From Candidatus Pelagibacterales bacterium (GTDB taxonomy: Bacteria; Pseudomonadota; Alphaproteobacteria; Pelagibacterales; AG-422-B15): a DNA stretch of 47,024 nt. The stretch lies in NCBI GenBank assembly GCA_029242795.1, contig JAQWTH010000033.1, forward strand, positions 1 to 47,024, given 5' to 3'. Of this stretch, positions 26,843-35,446 are shown in pieces. A program made the position numbers and the translations under genes. The notes beneath the pieces are model-generated. The model did not search any database. It was given only the letters and a program-made list of their open reading frames with translations, and was not told the origin of the DNA. Positions within the stretch are counted from its first letter, which is position 1. Every line of letters starts with the position of its first letter.

Positions 26843-28294
26843 ATGCTGCACTTTAAATTAATACTTAATGTATTAGGCATATTACTTATTGCAATCGGTG
26901 CATTGATGATTGTTCCTTTGCTATTTGATCTTGTCCATCAAAATTCTTCTTGGCTAGCATTTCTTATCAGCTCTATGATATCGATATCATTTGGTATTGC
27001 TCTTTTTCTCTCTACAAGAGGAGGAGATAAACAGCGACTGATTATGCAGGATGCTTTTCTTCTTACATCTTCATCTTGGGTTCTAATAGCATTATTTGGC
27101 TGTATTCCATTTTTTCTATCAGACTCAAATATGAACTTTACCGACTCATTCTTTGAGTCAATGTCTGGTGTTACGACAACAGGTTCTTCAGTTATTCAGA
27201 ATATAAGCAATATGTCAGAGGGTATTTTAATATGGAGAGCTTTATTGCAGTGGTTAGGTGGTGTGGGAATAATTGTAATGGCCTTAAGTATTTTACCTGT
27301 GCTTCAAGTAGGAGGGATGCAGGTATTTAGGGCTGAATCCTCTGATACAACAGAAAAGATTTTGCCCAGAACAGCTCAAATATCTACAGCTGTAATAATA
27401 ATCTATTTAATTTTAACTTTTTCTTGTTTTGCGTTGTATTGGATTTTTGGAATGAGTGCGTTTGACTCATTCGCTCATTCAATGACCACAATAGCTACTG
27501 GAGGATTCTCAACAAAAGATACTTCAATAGCTTTTTTTAATAATATATATATAGAATATACATCTGCAATTTTTATGATTTTAAGCAGTTTACCAATTCT
27601 TATTTATTTAAAATTTTCTAAACAACAATTCAAATCAATCTTGAAAGATACTCAGGTCAAAACTTTTCTGATAATCGTCTTAATGGGTGTTTTTTTTGTA
27701 GTTTTATATCTTTGGTTGAATGATATTAAAAATTTAAATGACTCGATTAGATATGGATTTGTAAATGTAACTTCTATCATAACAGGAACTGGATACACCA
27801 CAGATAATTATAATTTATGGGGACCCTTTCCTATTTATCTTCTTTTTTTTGGTATGTTTATTGGTGGTTGTGCTGGTTCAACCACATGCGGGATAAAAGT
27901 TTTTAGGTTTCAAATCTTATTTGAAACTTTTAAAAACCAAATACAAAAACTTCTGCACCCTCACGGTGTATTTGTTCCTCATTATAATCATAAAAAATTA
28001 GAAAATGATGTAACAACATCAGTAATGAGCTTCTTTTTTGTATTTATTCTAGTTTTTGTTGCTATCACTTTATTATTATCAATGACTAATTTGGACTTTG
28101 TAACTTCTTTATCCGCTGCCGCTACTTCTCTAGCCAATGTTGGTCCTGGATTAGGCTCAACAATTGGACCAGAAAGCACATTCTACAGTCTCTCCATTCC
28201 TGCAAAATGGATACTAATCGTATCAATGCTACTTGGAAGGCTTGAATTATTCACTATATTAGTCTTATTCCTACCAGCGTTTTGGCGAAAATAA
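26843..28294 (+). CDS. trkH: TrkH-family potassium uptake protein
   Basis: 483 aa polytopic protein with repeated selectivity-filter-like segments (SGVTTTGSS, IATGGFS, ITGTGYT, LANVGPG). Confidence 0.9.
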   Translation: MLHFKLILNVLGILLIAIGALMIVPLLFDLVHQNSSWLAFLISSMISISFGIALFLSTRGGDKQRLIMQDAFLLTSSSWVLIALFGCIPFFLSDSNMNFTDSFFESMSGVTTTGSSVIQNISNMSEGILIWRALLQWLGGVGIIVMALSILPVLQVGGMQVFRAESSDTTEKILPRTAQISTAVIIIYLILTFSCFALYWIFGMSAFDSFAHSMTTIATGGFSTKDTSIAFFNNIYIEYTSAIFMILSSLPILIYLKFSKQQFKSILKDTQVKTFLIIVLMGVFFVVLYLWLNDIKNLNDSIRYGFVNVTSIITGTGYTTDNYNLWGPFPIYLLFFGMFIGGCAGSTTCGIKVFRFQILFETFKNQIQKLLHPHGVFVPHYNHKKLENDVTTSVMSFFFVFILVFVAITLLLSMTNLDFVTSLSAAATSLANVGPGLGSTIGPESTFYSLSIPAKWILIVSMLLGRLELFTILVLFLPAFWRK

Positions 28295-29203
28295 CTAAAG
28301 GCACCATTTGATTATTTCTTTTTGTATATGAAGCCTATTTTGTGCTTCATCCCATACGACTGATTGAGGGCCGTCAATTACTTCTGGTGTTACTTCTTGT
28401 CCTCTTTTTGCTGGTAAACAATGCATAAAAATACATTTATCTCCAAAAATTCTCATCATTTCCTCATTGACTGTATAGGAACTAAAATCTTTAATAATTT
28501 TTTCATTAACTACCTCTCCCATTGATTCCCATGTATCGGTTATCACAACATCAGCACTATCAAGTTTTTTTAAATTGTTATATACTTCCACATTATCTAA
28601 GTCAGGTTTTGATTTATAAATCTCACATTTTTTGTAATATTCGCTCACAGAGTAATCATTGCTAAATATTTTAAGCTTTATACCTAAATTTAAATTTGCA
28701 ATTTCGATCCATGAACGGGCTACATTTGTTATCGGCCCTATCCAATTGATTCTTATTCCTTTAAATACAGATTTTTTTTCGTAAATTGTCATTAAATCAG
28801 CCATCGCTTGGCAGGGATGAGAAAAATCAGAAAGTCCATTAATAATAGGCACTGTCGAAAAACTTGCTAGTTTTTGCAATGACTCATGAGATTTAGAGCG
28901 ATACATGACAATGTCTACATATTGCGACATAGTCTTAGCAGTATCACTTATGCTTTCCTTATTATTTCCTAAATGTAGATTACTTTGGTCAATAATAATA
29001 CATTGGCCACCAAGCTTTCTCATGGCAACATCAAAAGATAATCTTGTTCTTGTTGATGGCTTTTCAAATATTGAAGCTAAAATTTTACCATTCGCAAAAT
29101 TAGAGTAATCATTGCTTTTTGAATTCTTTATCTCGACAGCACTCTTTATGAAAGATTGAACTAAATTATGATCTAAATCATAGATTGATAAGAAATTATT
29201 CAT
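28295..29203 (-). CDS. argF: Ornithine carbamoyltransferase
   Basis: STRTR, SHPCQAMAD, DTWESMG, HCLPAKRG. Confidence 0.9.
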   Translation of the reverse strand: MNNFLSIYDLDHNLVQSFIKSAVEIKNSKSNDYSNFANGKILASIFEKPSTRTRLSFDVAMRKLGGQCIIIDQSNLHLGNNKESISDTAKTMSQYVDIVMYRSKSHESLQKLASFSTVPIINGLSDFSHPCQAMADLMTIYEKKSVFKGIRINWIGPITNVARSWIEIANLNLGIKLKIFSNDYSVSEYYKKCEIYKSKPDLDNVEVYNNLKKLDSADVVITDTWESMGEVVNEKIIKDFSSYTVNEEMMRIFGDKCIFMHCLPAKRGQEVTPEVIDGPQSVVWDEAQNRLHIQKEIIKWCL

Positions 29204-29204
29204 A

Positions 29205-30368
29205 TTAACTTAAATTTTTACAAACTTTTCTTATTATTGATAAAGCTGATTCACAATCTTCAATAGAGATGTTTAGTGGAGGAAGAAGTCTGACTACATT
29301 ATCTGATGCTTTAATTGTTAACATTTTATTCTTTCTTGCCTCATCAACAAACTTTGTATTTTCAACCTTGCATTTAATACCCAACATTAGTCCTTTACCT
29401 CTAACTTCAGATATAATTTCTGGAAAATCGTTTATAATTTTATTTAATTCATTAATTAAAAAAGAGGAAGTTTTACTTAAATTAGAAAAAAACTTATTAT
29501 TCATTAGATCAAGGACAGAGCAACCAACGGAGCATGCAAGTGGATTTCCTCCAAATGTTGACCCATGAGTTCCATGGCCCATAGTATCGCCAACTCGTTT
29601 TGTAGTTAAACAAGCTCCTATTGGAAAACCATTTCCAAGCGCTTTTGCTATCGTCATAATGTCTGGTACAACTTTACTCCATTGATGTGCAAACATTTTA
29701 CCTGATCTTCCTATACCGCACTGAACCTCATCAAATATTAATAATATATTCTTCTCATCACAAATTTTTCTTATACTCTCTAGGCAATGTGTAGGAACTT
29801 CACTTACGCCTCCTTCGCCTTGTATTGGCTCTATTAATATGGCCGCGACATTTTCATCAATAGATTTCTCAAGTTCCTCATGGTCACCAAAAGGAAGATT
29901 TACAAATCCATCAATAGAGCTGTTAAATCCTTCAAGCTTAGAGGGTCCTCCTGCTGCCAGAGCACCAAGAGTTCTACCGTGGAATGATCCCGTAAATGAA
30001 ATGATTTTATTTTTTGTTTTTGATTTTTCAGTAATATAAAAAAATCTCCTTGCAATCTTTATGGCTGCCTCAATTGACTCAGTCCCAGAATTACAGAAAA
30101 AAACATAGTCCGCAAAGCTTAAATCACATAATTTTTTTGCAAGAGTTTCTTGTTCTGGAATATTATAAACATTTGATACATGCCACAATTTTTCAGCTTG
30201 CTTTGTTAAAGCATTATTTAATATAGGGTGGGAGTATCCTAATGAATTTACTGCTATACCTGCTCCAAAATCTAAATATTTATCTCCATTTAATTCTATT
30301 AGATGAGAACCTTCGCCGTGTGAGAATGTTAGGTTAGATCTAGGATAAGTATTTAAAATGTTTGTCAT
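29205..30368 (-). CDS. argD: Acetylornithine aminotransferase (class III PLP aminotransferase)
   Basis: NSGTESIEAAIK, FDEVQCGIGRSGK, TIAKALGNGFP (PLP Lys), STFGGNPLA. Confidence 0.88.
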   Translation of the reverse strand: MTNILNTYPRSNLTFSHGEGSHLIELNGDKYLDFGAGIAVNSLGYSHPILNNALTKQAEKLWHVSNVYNIPEQETLAKKLCDLSFADYVFFCNSGTESIEAAIKIARRFFYITEKSKTKNKIISFTGSFHGRTLGALAAGGPSKLEGFNSSIDGFVNLPFGDHEELEKSIDENVAAILIEPIQGEGGVSEVPTHCLESIRKICDEKNILLIFDEVQCGIGRSGKMFAHQWSKVVPDIMTIAKALGNGFPIGACLTTKRVGDTMGHGTHGSTFGGNPLACSVGCSVLDLMNNKFFSNLSKTSSFLINELNKIINDFPEIISEVRGKGLMLGIKCKVENTKFVDEARKNKMLTIKASDNVVRLLPPLNISIEDCESALSIIRKVCKNLS

Positions 30369-30369
30369 G

Positions 30370-31137
30370 CTAATGTCTCAATTTGTATCCACTTTGTAAA
30401 ATTAAATAAGAAAAAAACAATAGAATAATAAAACATAATATTAAAATTTGTATCGACACTATAATACTAACATCACTTGATCCTATAAACCCATAACGAA
30501 AACCATCGATCATATAAAAAAAAGGATTAAAAAGACTTAATTTTTGAATAAATTCAGGAAGTATTTTAATTGAATAAAAAGTACCAGACAAAAATGAGAG
30601 AGGAATGATAATAAAATTATCAACTGTACCTAAATGATCCCATTTATCTGCCCAAATTCCAGTTAATAAGCCTATCAATGATAATATTGCAGATGAAATA
30701 ATTGCAAAAAATAATATTATTCCAAAATTATAAATTTCAATTTGAACGAATGGAAACATAAAAATTGCAGAAGCAATTGCAACTGTTAAGCCTCGAGTTA
30801 TGCCAACAAAGGTAAAAGTTACTATGATTTGAAAATTTGATATCGGTGGCATTAATAAATCAACAATATTTCCCTGAACTTTTGACATTAGTAATGATGA
30901 TGAATTATTCATGAATGCATTTTGTATAATCGTCATCATTATTAACCCTGGAAATAAAAAGGTTCTAAAATTAGTTGTAATAAATTCATTTCTCGAAGAT
31001 CCAATAGCTGTGCTAAAAATTATCATGAATAGCAAAGTGGTTGCAGCGGGCGCAAGTATGGTTTGGCCAGGTATTTTAGTAAATCTTCTTAGCTCTTTAA
31101 TATAAAGTGTAAGAAATCGAATATAGTAAGCACTCAT
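30370..31137 (-). CDS. yadH: ABC-2 type transporter permease (YadH-like)
   Basis: Alignable by eye with E. coli YadH (FPGLIMMTIIQNAF, LNPFFYMIDGFRYGFIG). 6 TM helices. No cognate ATPase gene is adjacent. Confidence 0.8.
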   Translation of the reverse strand: MSAYYIRFLTLYIKELRRFTKIPGQTILAPAATTLLFMIIFSTAIGSSRNEFITTNFRTFLFPGLIMMTIIQNAFMNNSSSLLMSKVQGNIVDLLMPPISNFQIIVTFTFVGITRGLTVAIASAIFMFPFVQIEIYNFGIILFFAIISSAILSLIGLLTGIWADKWDHLGTVDNFIIIPLSFLSGTFYSIKILPEFIQKLSLFNPFFYMIDGFRYGFIGSSDVSIIVSIQILILCFIILLFFSYLILQSGYKLRH

Positions 31138-31159
31138 AACGTCTATTTAAATAAATTAG

Positions 31160-31174
31160 TTAAAAAGTCATTAA
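31160..31174. promoter_or_regulatory. TTAA-N7-TTAA (CtrA-box-like) motif in the yadH/gcrA divergent spacer
   Basis: TTAAaaagtcaTTAA read at 31160-31174. The motif is expected by chance several times in DNA this AT-rich, so the evidence is weak. Confidence 0.2.
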
Positions 31175-31323
31175 TAAATAGATTTCAATTTTAACTATTA
31201 ATATATGAAATCATTTATCTTTTTACTTTCATTTAAATTAAATTATATTTTTCTATATATTGTGTAAATATATTGCATTATTGCTACATGTGGTGTTAAA
31301 TCTCAGAAATATCTGGAGGATAA

Positions 31324-31773
31324 ATGGCTTGGACAAACGAAAAAATTGAACTTTTAAAAAAACTTTGGGATGAAGGTCTAACAGCAAGTAGAATAGCTCA
31401 CGAAATTGGAGATATGACAAGAAATGCTGTCATTGGTAAAGCTCATAGATTGGGATTATCAGGACGTATGCAATCAAAAAGTAGAAATTCTTCGATTTCA
31501 ATTGTCAGAAAAAAGAAAAATAGTCCCTATAACAAAAAAATCATTGAAATTTCAACCCAGGTTGATGAACCAATGAATCCTACGCCCTTTCTAGATATTA
31601 AGGACGGTATGTGCCGTTGGCCATTAGGTGAGCCAGGAGAAAATGACTTTAAGTTTTGTGGAAGAGGTACAAATGAGAAAGTTTATTGTGAACAGCATCA
31701 CAAGATGGCATTCCAACCATTAACATCCATTAGAAATCGTAAAAAAGTAAATAAAAAATTTAGAATTGCCTAA
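31324..31773 (+). CDS. gcrA: GcrA cell-cycle regulator
   Basis: N-terminal MAWTNEKIELLKKLWDEGLTASRIAHEIG..RNAVIGKAHRLGLSGR and C-terminal CRWPLGEPGENDFKFCG...YCEQHHKMAFQP are the two conserved GcrA blocks. GGAGG lies 6 nt upstream of the ATG. Confidence 0.88.
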   Translation: MAWTNEKIELLKKLWDEGLTASRIAHEIGDMTRNAVIGKAHRLGLSGRMQSKSRNSSISIVRKKKNSPYNKKIIEISTQVDEPMNPTPFLDIKDGMCRWPLGEPGENDFKFCGRGTNEKVYCEQHHKMAFQPLTSIRNRKKVNKKFRIA

Positions 31774-31860
31774 ATTATTGATAAGTAGAAACTAAAAGAC
31801 AACGAAAATAGAAATATTAAAATAATTACGACTATAACACTTTTCTGTAAACTCACTTAA

Positions 31861-32949
31861 TTACTCCTTATGTTTTTTATACTTTGGCTTTAGTTTTAAG
31901 CCTCTATCAATTTGATCTTGAACTTCTTTCACATATGTTTCAAGTCTAACAAATCTCTCACTTGTAGAAGGGTGAGTTCCACCGCCAGAGTAAATCGAAT
32001 TTGGAACTTCGACAGCAAATCGTCTCCAAAAATTTGGAGCTTTAGAAATATCGTATCCAGATAAAGCCAAAATATAAATACTTAAGTAGTCAGCTTCATT
32101 TTCATAATCTATAGAATATGATGTAGCTCCAATATTAGCTCCAAAGTCCATGGCATCGGCAGGGTTGGCACCAATTGCTATTCCCAATAGTAAACCAACT
32201 AGTGCACCTGTGTTAGCATTCTGAATTTTATCAGCAACATGATGATTTGCATTATGACCTAGTTCATGTGCAAAAACCATCGCTGCGCCTATTTCATCCT
32301 GAAGAAGCCATTTGGCCATTCGTAATGAAAAAACAATATTATTTCCATCTGCGTAAGCATTAAAAGTATTATTATCTAAATCAATGGCATAATTAAATCT
32401 ACATCTTGCTTCTGTTAAAATAGAAAAATCTTTTTCATTGCCATTACGCATGATTTTAAGATTTATACTAGACTCATTTTTTTTGCTTACATACTTATAA
32501 AAATCAAAAATTGCTTTCTCACCATTAGGTGCATCTTTTCCATTAATTTTAATTATTTCATCACCAACTTTAAGTCCACTTCTATATCCAGCACTGTCGG
32601 TTCCAATAGCAACGATTTTTAATCTATCAGTAAGGTTTAGAGATTTATTTATTTCTTCTCTAATTGATTCTGGTGCATCATGCTTAGTAGCAACATCAAC
32701 ACCTATTCCAAATATTATATCTTCTGTCCCACATAAATCAGAAGCCTTATACAAAATATCAACTCCAATCGGCACAAAAGACTGATAAGTTTTAAGCCAA
32801 CTATCTGCAAAAAGTTGATTTTGGATCTTTTGCTCATCAATTGATAATTGTTGATCATAGCTGGGTAATGAAGATTGTGGCTGGGCACAGCTAAATAAGA
32901 AAAGTGAAATTAATAAAATTTGAAATTTACTAAATTGATACCTGCTCAT
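31861..32949 (-). CDS. M48-family zinc metalloprotease lipoprotein with an internal PDZ-like domain
   Basis: Lipobox LFLFSC at residues 17-21, a PDZ-like segment (GYRSGLKVGDEIIKINGK), the zinc motif HELGH, downstream ENEADY, and HPSTSERF typical of M48. Confidence 0.78.
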   Translation of the reverse strand: MSRYQFSKFQILLISLFLFSCAQPQSSLPSYDQQLSIDEQKIQNQLFADSWLKTYQSFVPIGVDILYKASDLCGTEDIIFGIGVDVATKHDAPESIREEINKSLNLTDRLKIVAIGTDSAGYRSGLKVGDEIIKINGKDAPNGEKAIFDFYKYVSKKNESSINLKIMRNGNEKDFSILTEARCRFNYAIDLDNNTFNAYADGNNIVFSLRMAKWLLQDEIGAAMVFAHELGHNANHHVADKIQNANTGALVGLLLGIAIGANPADAMDFGANIGATSYSIDYENEADYLSIYILALSGYDISKAPNFWRRFAVEVPNSIYSGGGTHPSTSERFVRLETYVKEVQDQIDRGLKLKPKYKKHKE

Positions 32950-33817
32950 CTTTTTTACTTTTTTCTTTTTTTATCATAATTAATGAGTGAATAAAAATAA
33001 TCAATACAATTATTGATCCACCAATTAAAGTATTCCTTGTTGGTTCCTCAGATATAAAAAACCAAACCCAAAGAGGACCAAGAGCTGTTTCTAATAGAAA
33101 AAAAATACCAACTTCTGGTGAAGTCACATATTTTGGCGCAATAGTGATAAAAAGAAAAGATACTCCAACAGTGATAATCATTAATAACGAGAATACTAAG
33201 TCATATCCACCAATGACAAAGGTTGTTGCAAAAGGTAAGGCAACAACAGCCGTTAAAAATTTAGCAAATATATATGATGGAACAAAATTAATTTGATTAT
33301 ATCGTCTCATGATTGTCAAACTAGCACCCATACTCATGGCACATAATAACCCAAAAAAATCACCAATAAATCTACCCATTTCGTAGGACTCATAAAAGAT
33401 AAATATAATTGTTATTAGACAAACAGTCATACTTAACCAAGTTATAAGAATTGGACGCTCATTCAAAAATATCGCGGAAAATAATGCAGCAGATAAAGGT
33501 ATCAAACTTATCATGATCAAGGCATTAGCAACATTCGTATTAGCTACAGCAAAGATAAAAGTGATATTTGAAAAGAGAATAAATAAAGCGTTTATTACTC
33601 CAGGAATGCCCATATTGTAAAAGTCAATGAATGTTCTTTTTCGAAATAAAATTAAGTACCCAATAAAAAGAGCTGTTGATGGAAAGAGTGAACGATAGAA
33701 GAGAGCACTCCAAGTATCTAAACTAATAAGTCGGATCAATAGTGTATCAGGAGTAATTATCATAACTCCTATAAATGCAAATAAAGTTCCTTTTTGAATA
33801 TTAGTTAAATTCATCAT
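32930..33817 (-). CDS. DMT superfamily (EamA-like) transporter
   Basis: 10-TM EamA-type profile. Start set at ATG 33817 (MMNLTNIQKG...). The tracked N-terminal 30 codons run through the tRNA gene and are spurious. Confidence 0.85.
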   Translation of the reverse strand: MMNLTNIQKGTLFAFIGVMIITPDTLLIRLISLDTWSALFYRSLFPSTALFIGYLILFRKRTFIDFYNMGIPGVINALFILFSNITFIFAVANTNVANALIMISLIPLSAALFSAIFLNERPILITWLSMTVCLITIIFIFYESYEMGRFIGDFFGLLCAMSMGASLTIMRRYNQINFVPSYIFAKFLTAVVALPFATTFVIGGYDLVFSLLMIITVGVSFLFITIAPKYVTSPEVGIFFLLETALGPLWVWFFISEEPTRNTLIGGSIIVLIIFIHSLIMIKKEKSKKDEQVSI

Positions 33818-33828
33818 AATAAAATATT

Positions 33829-33905
33829 TGGTGCGCCGGGAGAGATTCGAACTCCCGACCCCCAGATTCGTAGTCTGGTGCTCTATCCAGCTGAGCCACC
33901 GGCGC
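33829..33905 (-). tRNA. tRNA-Arg (anticodon ACG), CCA encoded
   Basis: The reverse complement folds as a canonical cloverleaf: acceptor GCGCCGG/CCGGCGC, D stem GCTC/GAGC, anticodon stem CCAGA/TCTGG with loop CTACGAA, T arm GGGAG-TTCGAAT-CTCCC, 3' ACCA. 77 nt. Confidence 0.95.
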
Positions 33906-33935
33906 AATAATTTGAATATAGCATATTAAAAATAA

Positions 33936-34628
33936 TTATGACTTAATTCTTTTTTTTATAAATTTATAAACAATTGGAAATAAAACTATCAGACCAATGA
34001 GTAAAATAGGTAAAAAATAATTTAAGTTAAATATCATACTGCTATCAAATTCACGAGCTTCTACTATATCTCCTATTCCATTTCCAATACTTGACAAAAT
34101 ATATGCCCACGGCACAACACCAAATATTGTTGCGATAAAGTAATCACGAAACTTCATATCAAATATAGCTGGGAGAAGATTCTGAATTCCAAAAGGAACT
34201 CCTCCGATAACTCTAATAAAAAGCAAGTAGCTAATTGCATTTCTATTAAATCCATCTTTAAAAGAGTTAAATTTATTTCCAAGCTTATTTAGGAGATAAT
34301 TTTTAAAAAAATATCTTCCATATAAAAAAACAATTAATGCCCCTATTACCTCACCGATGATACAGATAATCAAACCACTAGCTAAACCAAAATAAAATCC
34401 CGATAAAATACATACTGGGGTAATAGGACCCATCAATGAAATTGATAATGCAATAATAAGTATGCAAATAATGATGGAAAAATATTAATTTTCATCAATA
34501 AATCCAGATATGTAACCATGCTGAGTGATAATAAATTCCATTGAAATTGGATTATACTTACCAATACCGTATATAATTAATGCGAGAAGAAATGCAGTTA
34601 ATATGCCAATTTTTATACTTTTGCTCAT
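33936..34628 (-). pseudogene. TVP38/TMEM64 (DedA-related, YdjX-like) membrane protein gene interrupted by one in-frame TAA
   Basis: ATG at 34628 opens a 47-codon ORF (MSKSIKIGILTAFLLALIIYGIGKYNPISMEFIITQHGYISGFIDEN) ending at TAA 34487-34485. The same frame continues without a shift (YFSIIICILIIALSISL-MGPITPVCILSGFYFG...) into the tracked 166-aa ORF. The joined length of about 230 aa and the helix pattern match full-length family members. Confidence 0.7.
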
Positions 34629-34659
34629 CTGCTCATAGCTGAAATTGTTAGTATTTGAC

Positions 34660-34665
34660 TATAAT
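34660..34665 (+). promoter_or_regulatory. Candidate -10 box (TATAAT) for rpmH-rnpA-yidD-yidC
   Basis: A perfect TATAAT lies 44 nt upstream of the rpmH ATG. No convincing -35 element. Pattern match only. Confidence 0.25.
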
Positions 34666-34708
34666 GTTAATGCCATTTATAAGCCACTAACAAATATAGT
34701 CAAAAATT

Positions 34709-34843
34709 ATGAAAAGAACATTCCAACCAAGCAATTTAGTTAAAAAACGTAGACATGGTTTTAGAGCTCGGTCAGCTACTAAGGACGGTAGAATTATTCT
34801 AGCTCGCCGTCGTTCAAAAGGCAGAAAAGAATTATCAGCCTAA
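34709..34843 (+). CDS. rpmH: 50S ribosomal protein L34
   Basis: Not in the ORF track (44 aa). The translation [44 protein letters not shown] is an unmistakable L34. It lies directly upstream of rnpA, as in most bacteria. Confidence 0.95.
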   Translation: MKRTFQPSNLVKKRRHGFRARSATKDGRIILARRRSKGRKELSA

Positions 34844-34865
34844 CCCTTAATATTCTTAATGAAAT

Positions 34866-35198
34866 ATGAAAATCGAAACTCTCAAATCCTCAAAGGATTT
34901 TAAGAGACTCAAAAATGGAAAATTTCATAGAAGCCAATCTTTCCTCTTACAAGCGATGGAAAATGTTGATTCAAAAATAGTTCGTGTGGGATATACAGTC
35001 ACTAAACAAAATGGTAACGCAGTTATAAGAAATAGGATAAAAAGAAGATTAAGATCAGTTGCACAAGTAGTTTTTAATAATGTTGAAAATAAAAAATGGG
35101 ATTACGTTATGATTGGTAAAAAAAATACTCTCATTACATCGTTTGATAGATTAAAATCTGAACTTGAGTTAGCTATCAATAAAATTCATAAGGACTAA
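34866..35198 (+). CDS. rnpA: Ribonuclease P protein component
   Basis: 110 aa basic protein with the RNR-type motif ([13 protein letters not shown]), in the conserved rpmH-rnpA position. Confidence 0.9.
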   Translation: MKIETLKSSKDFKRLKNGKFHRSQSFLLQAMENVDSKIVRVGYTVTKQNGNAVIRNRIKRRLRSVAQVVFNNVENKKWDYVMIGKKNTLITSFDRLKSELELAINKIHKD

Positions 35199-35208
35199 GA
35201 TTATAAAA

Positions 35209-35439
35209 ATGAAACATATATTTATCTTTATTATAATTATTTATCAAAGATTAGTATCTCCTTACTTTCCTCAATCATGTAGATTTCAGCCAACATGTTC
35301 ACACTACATGAAAGAGGCTATTAAAATACATGGTTTAGTTAAAGGATTAATTATGGGAATTAAAAGAATATCTCATTGCCACCCGTTTAAATTTTTAGGA
35401 AGCAGAGAAGGTTTTGACCCTGTTCCTCCAAAAGAATAA
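35209..35439 (+). CDS. yidD: Membrane protein insertion efficiency factor YidD
   Basis: [22 protein letters not shown]...HG is the YidD signature. Confidence 0.9.
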   Translation: MKHIFIFIIIIYQRLVSPYFPQSCRFQPTCSHYMKEAIKIHGLVKGLIMGIKRISHCHPFKFLGSREGFDPVPPKE

Positions 35440-35446
35440 TTAGATC

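Noticed and set aside
31205-31267. 20-codon hydrophobic small ORF (MKSFIFLLSFKLNYIFLYIV) in the gcrA upstream spacer
   Set aside because: It has no Shine-Dalgarno sequence. Its composition is what AT-rich non-coding DNA yields by chance, and I have no conservation evidence.
34629-34708. Possible replication origin next to rpmH-rnpA-yidC, as in many bacteria
   Set aside because: There is no dnaA or dnaN nearby, and I could find no TTATCCACA-like DnaA boxes in the spacer. Alphaproteobacterial origins are usually located elsewhere (the hemE region). The spacer is only 80 nt.
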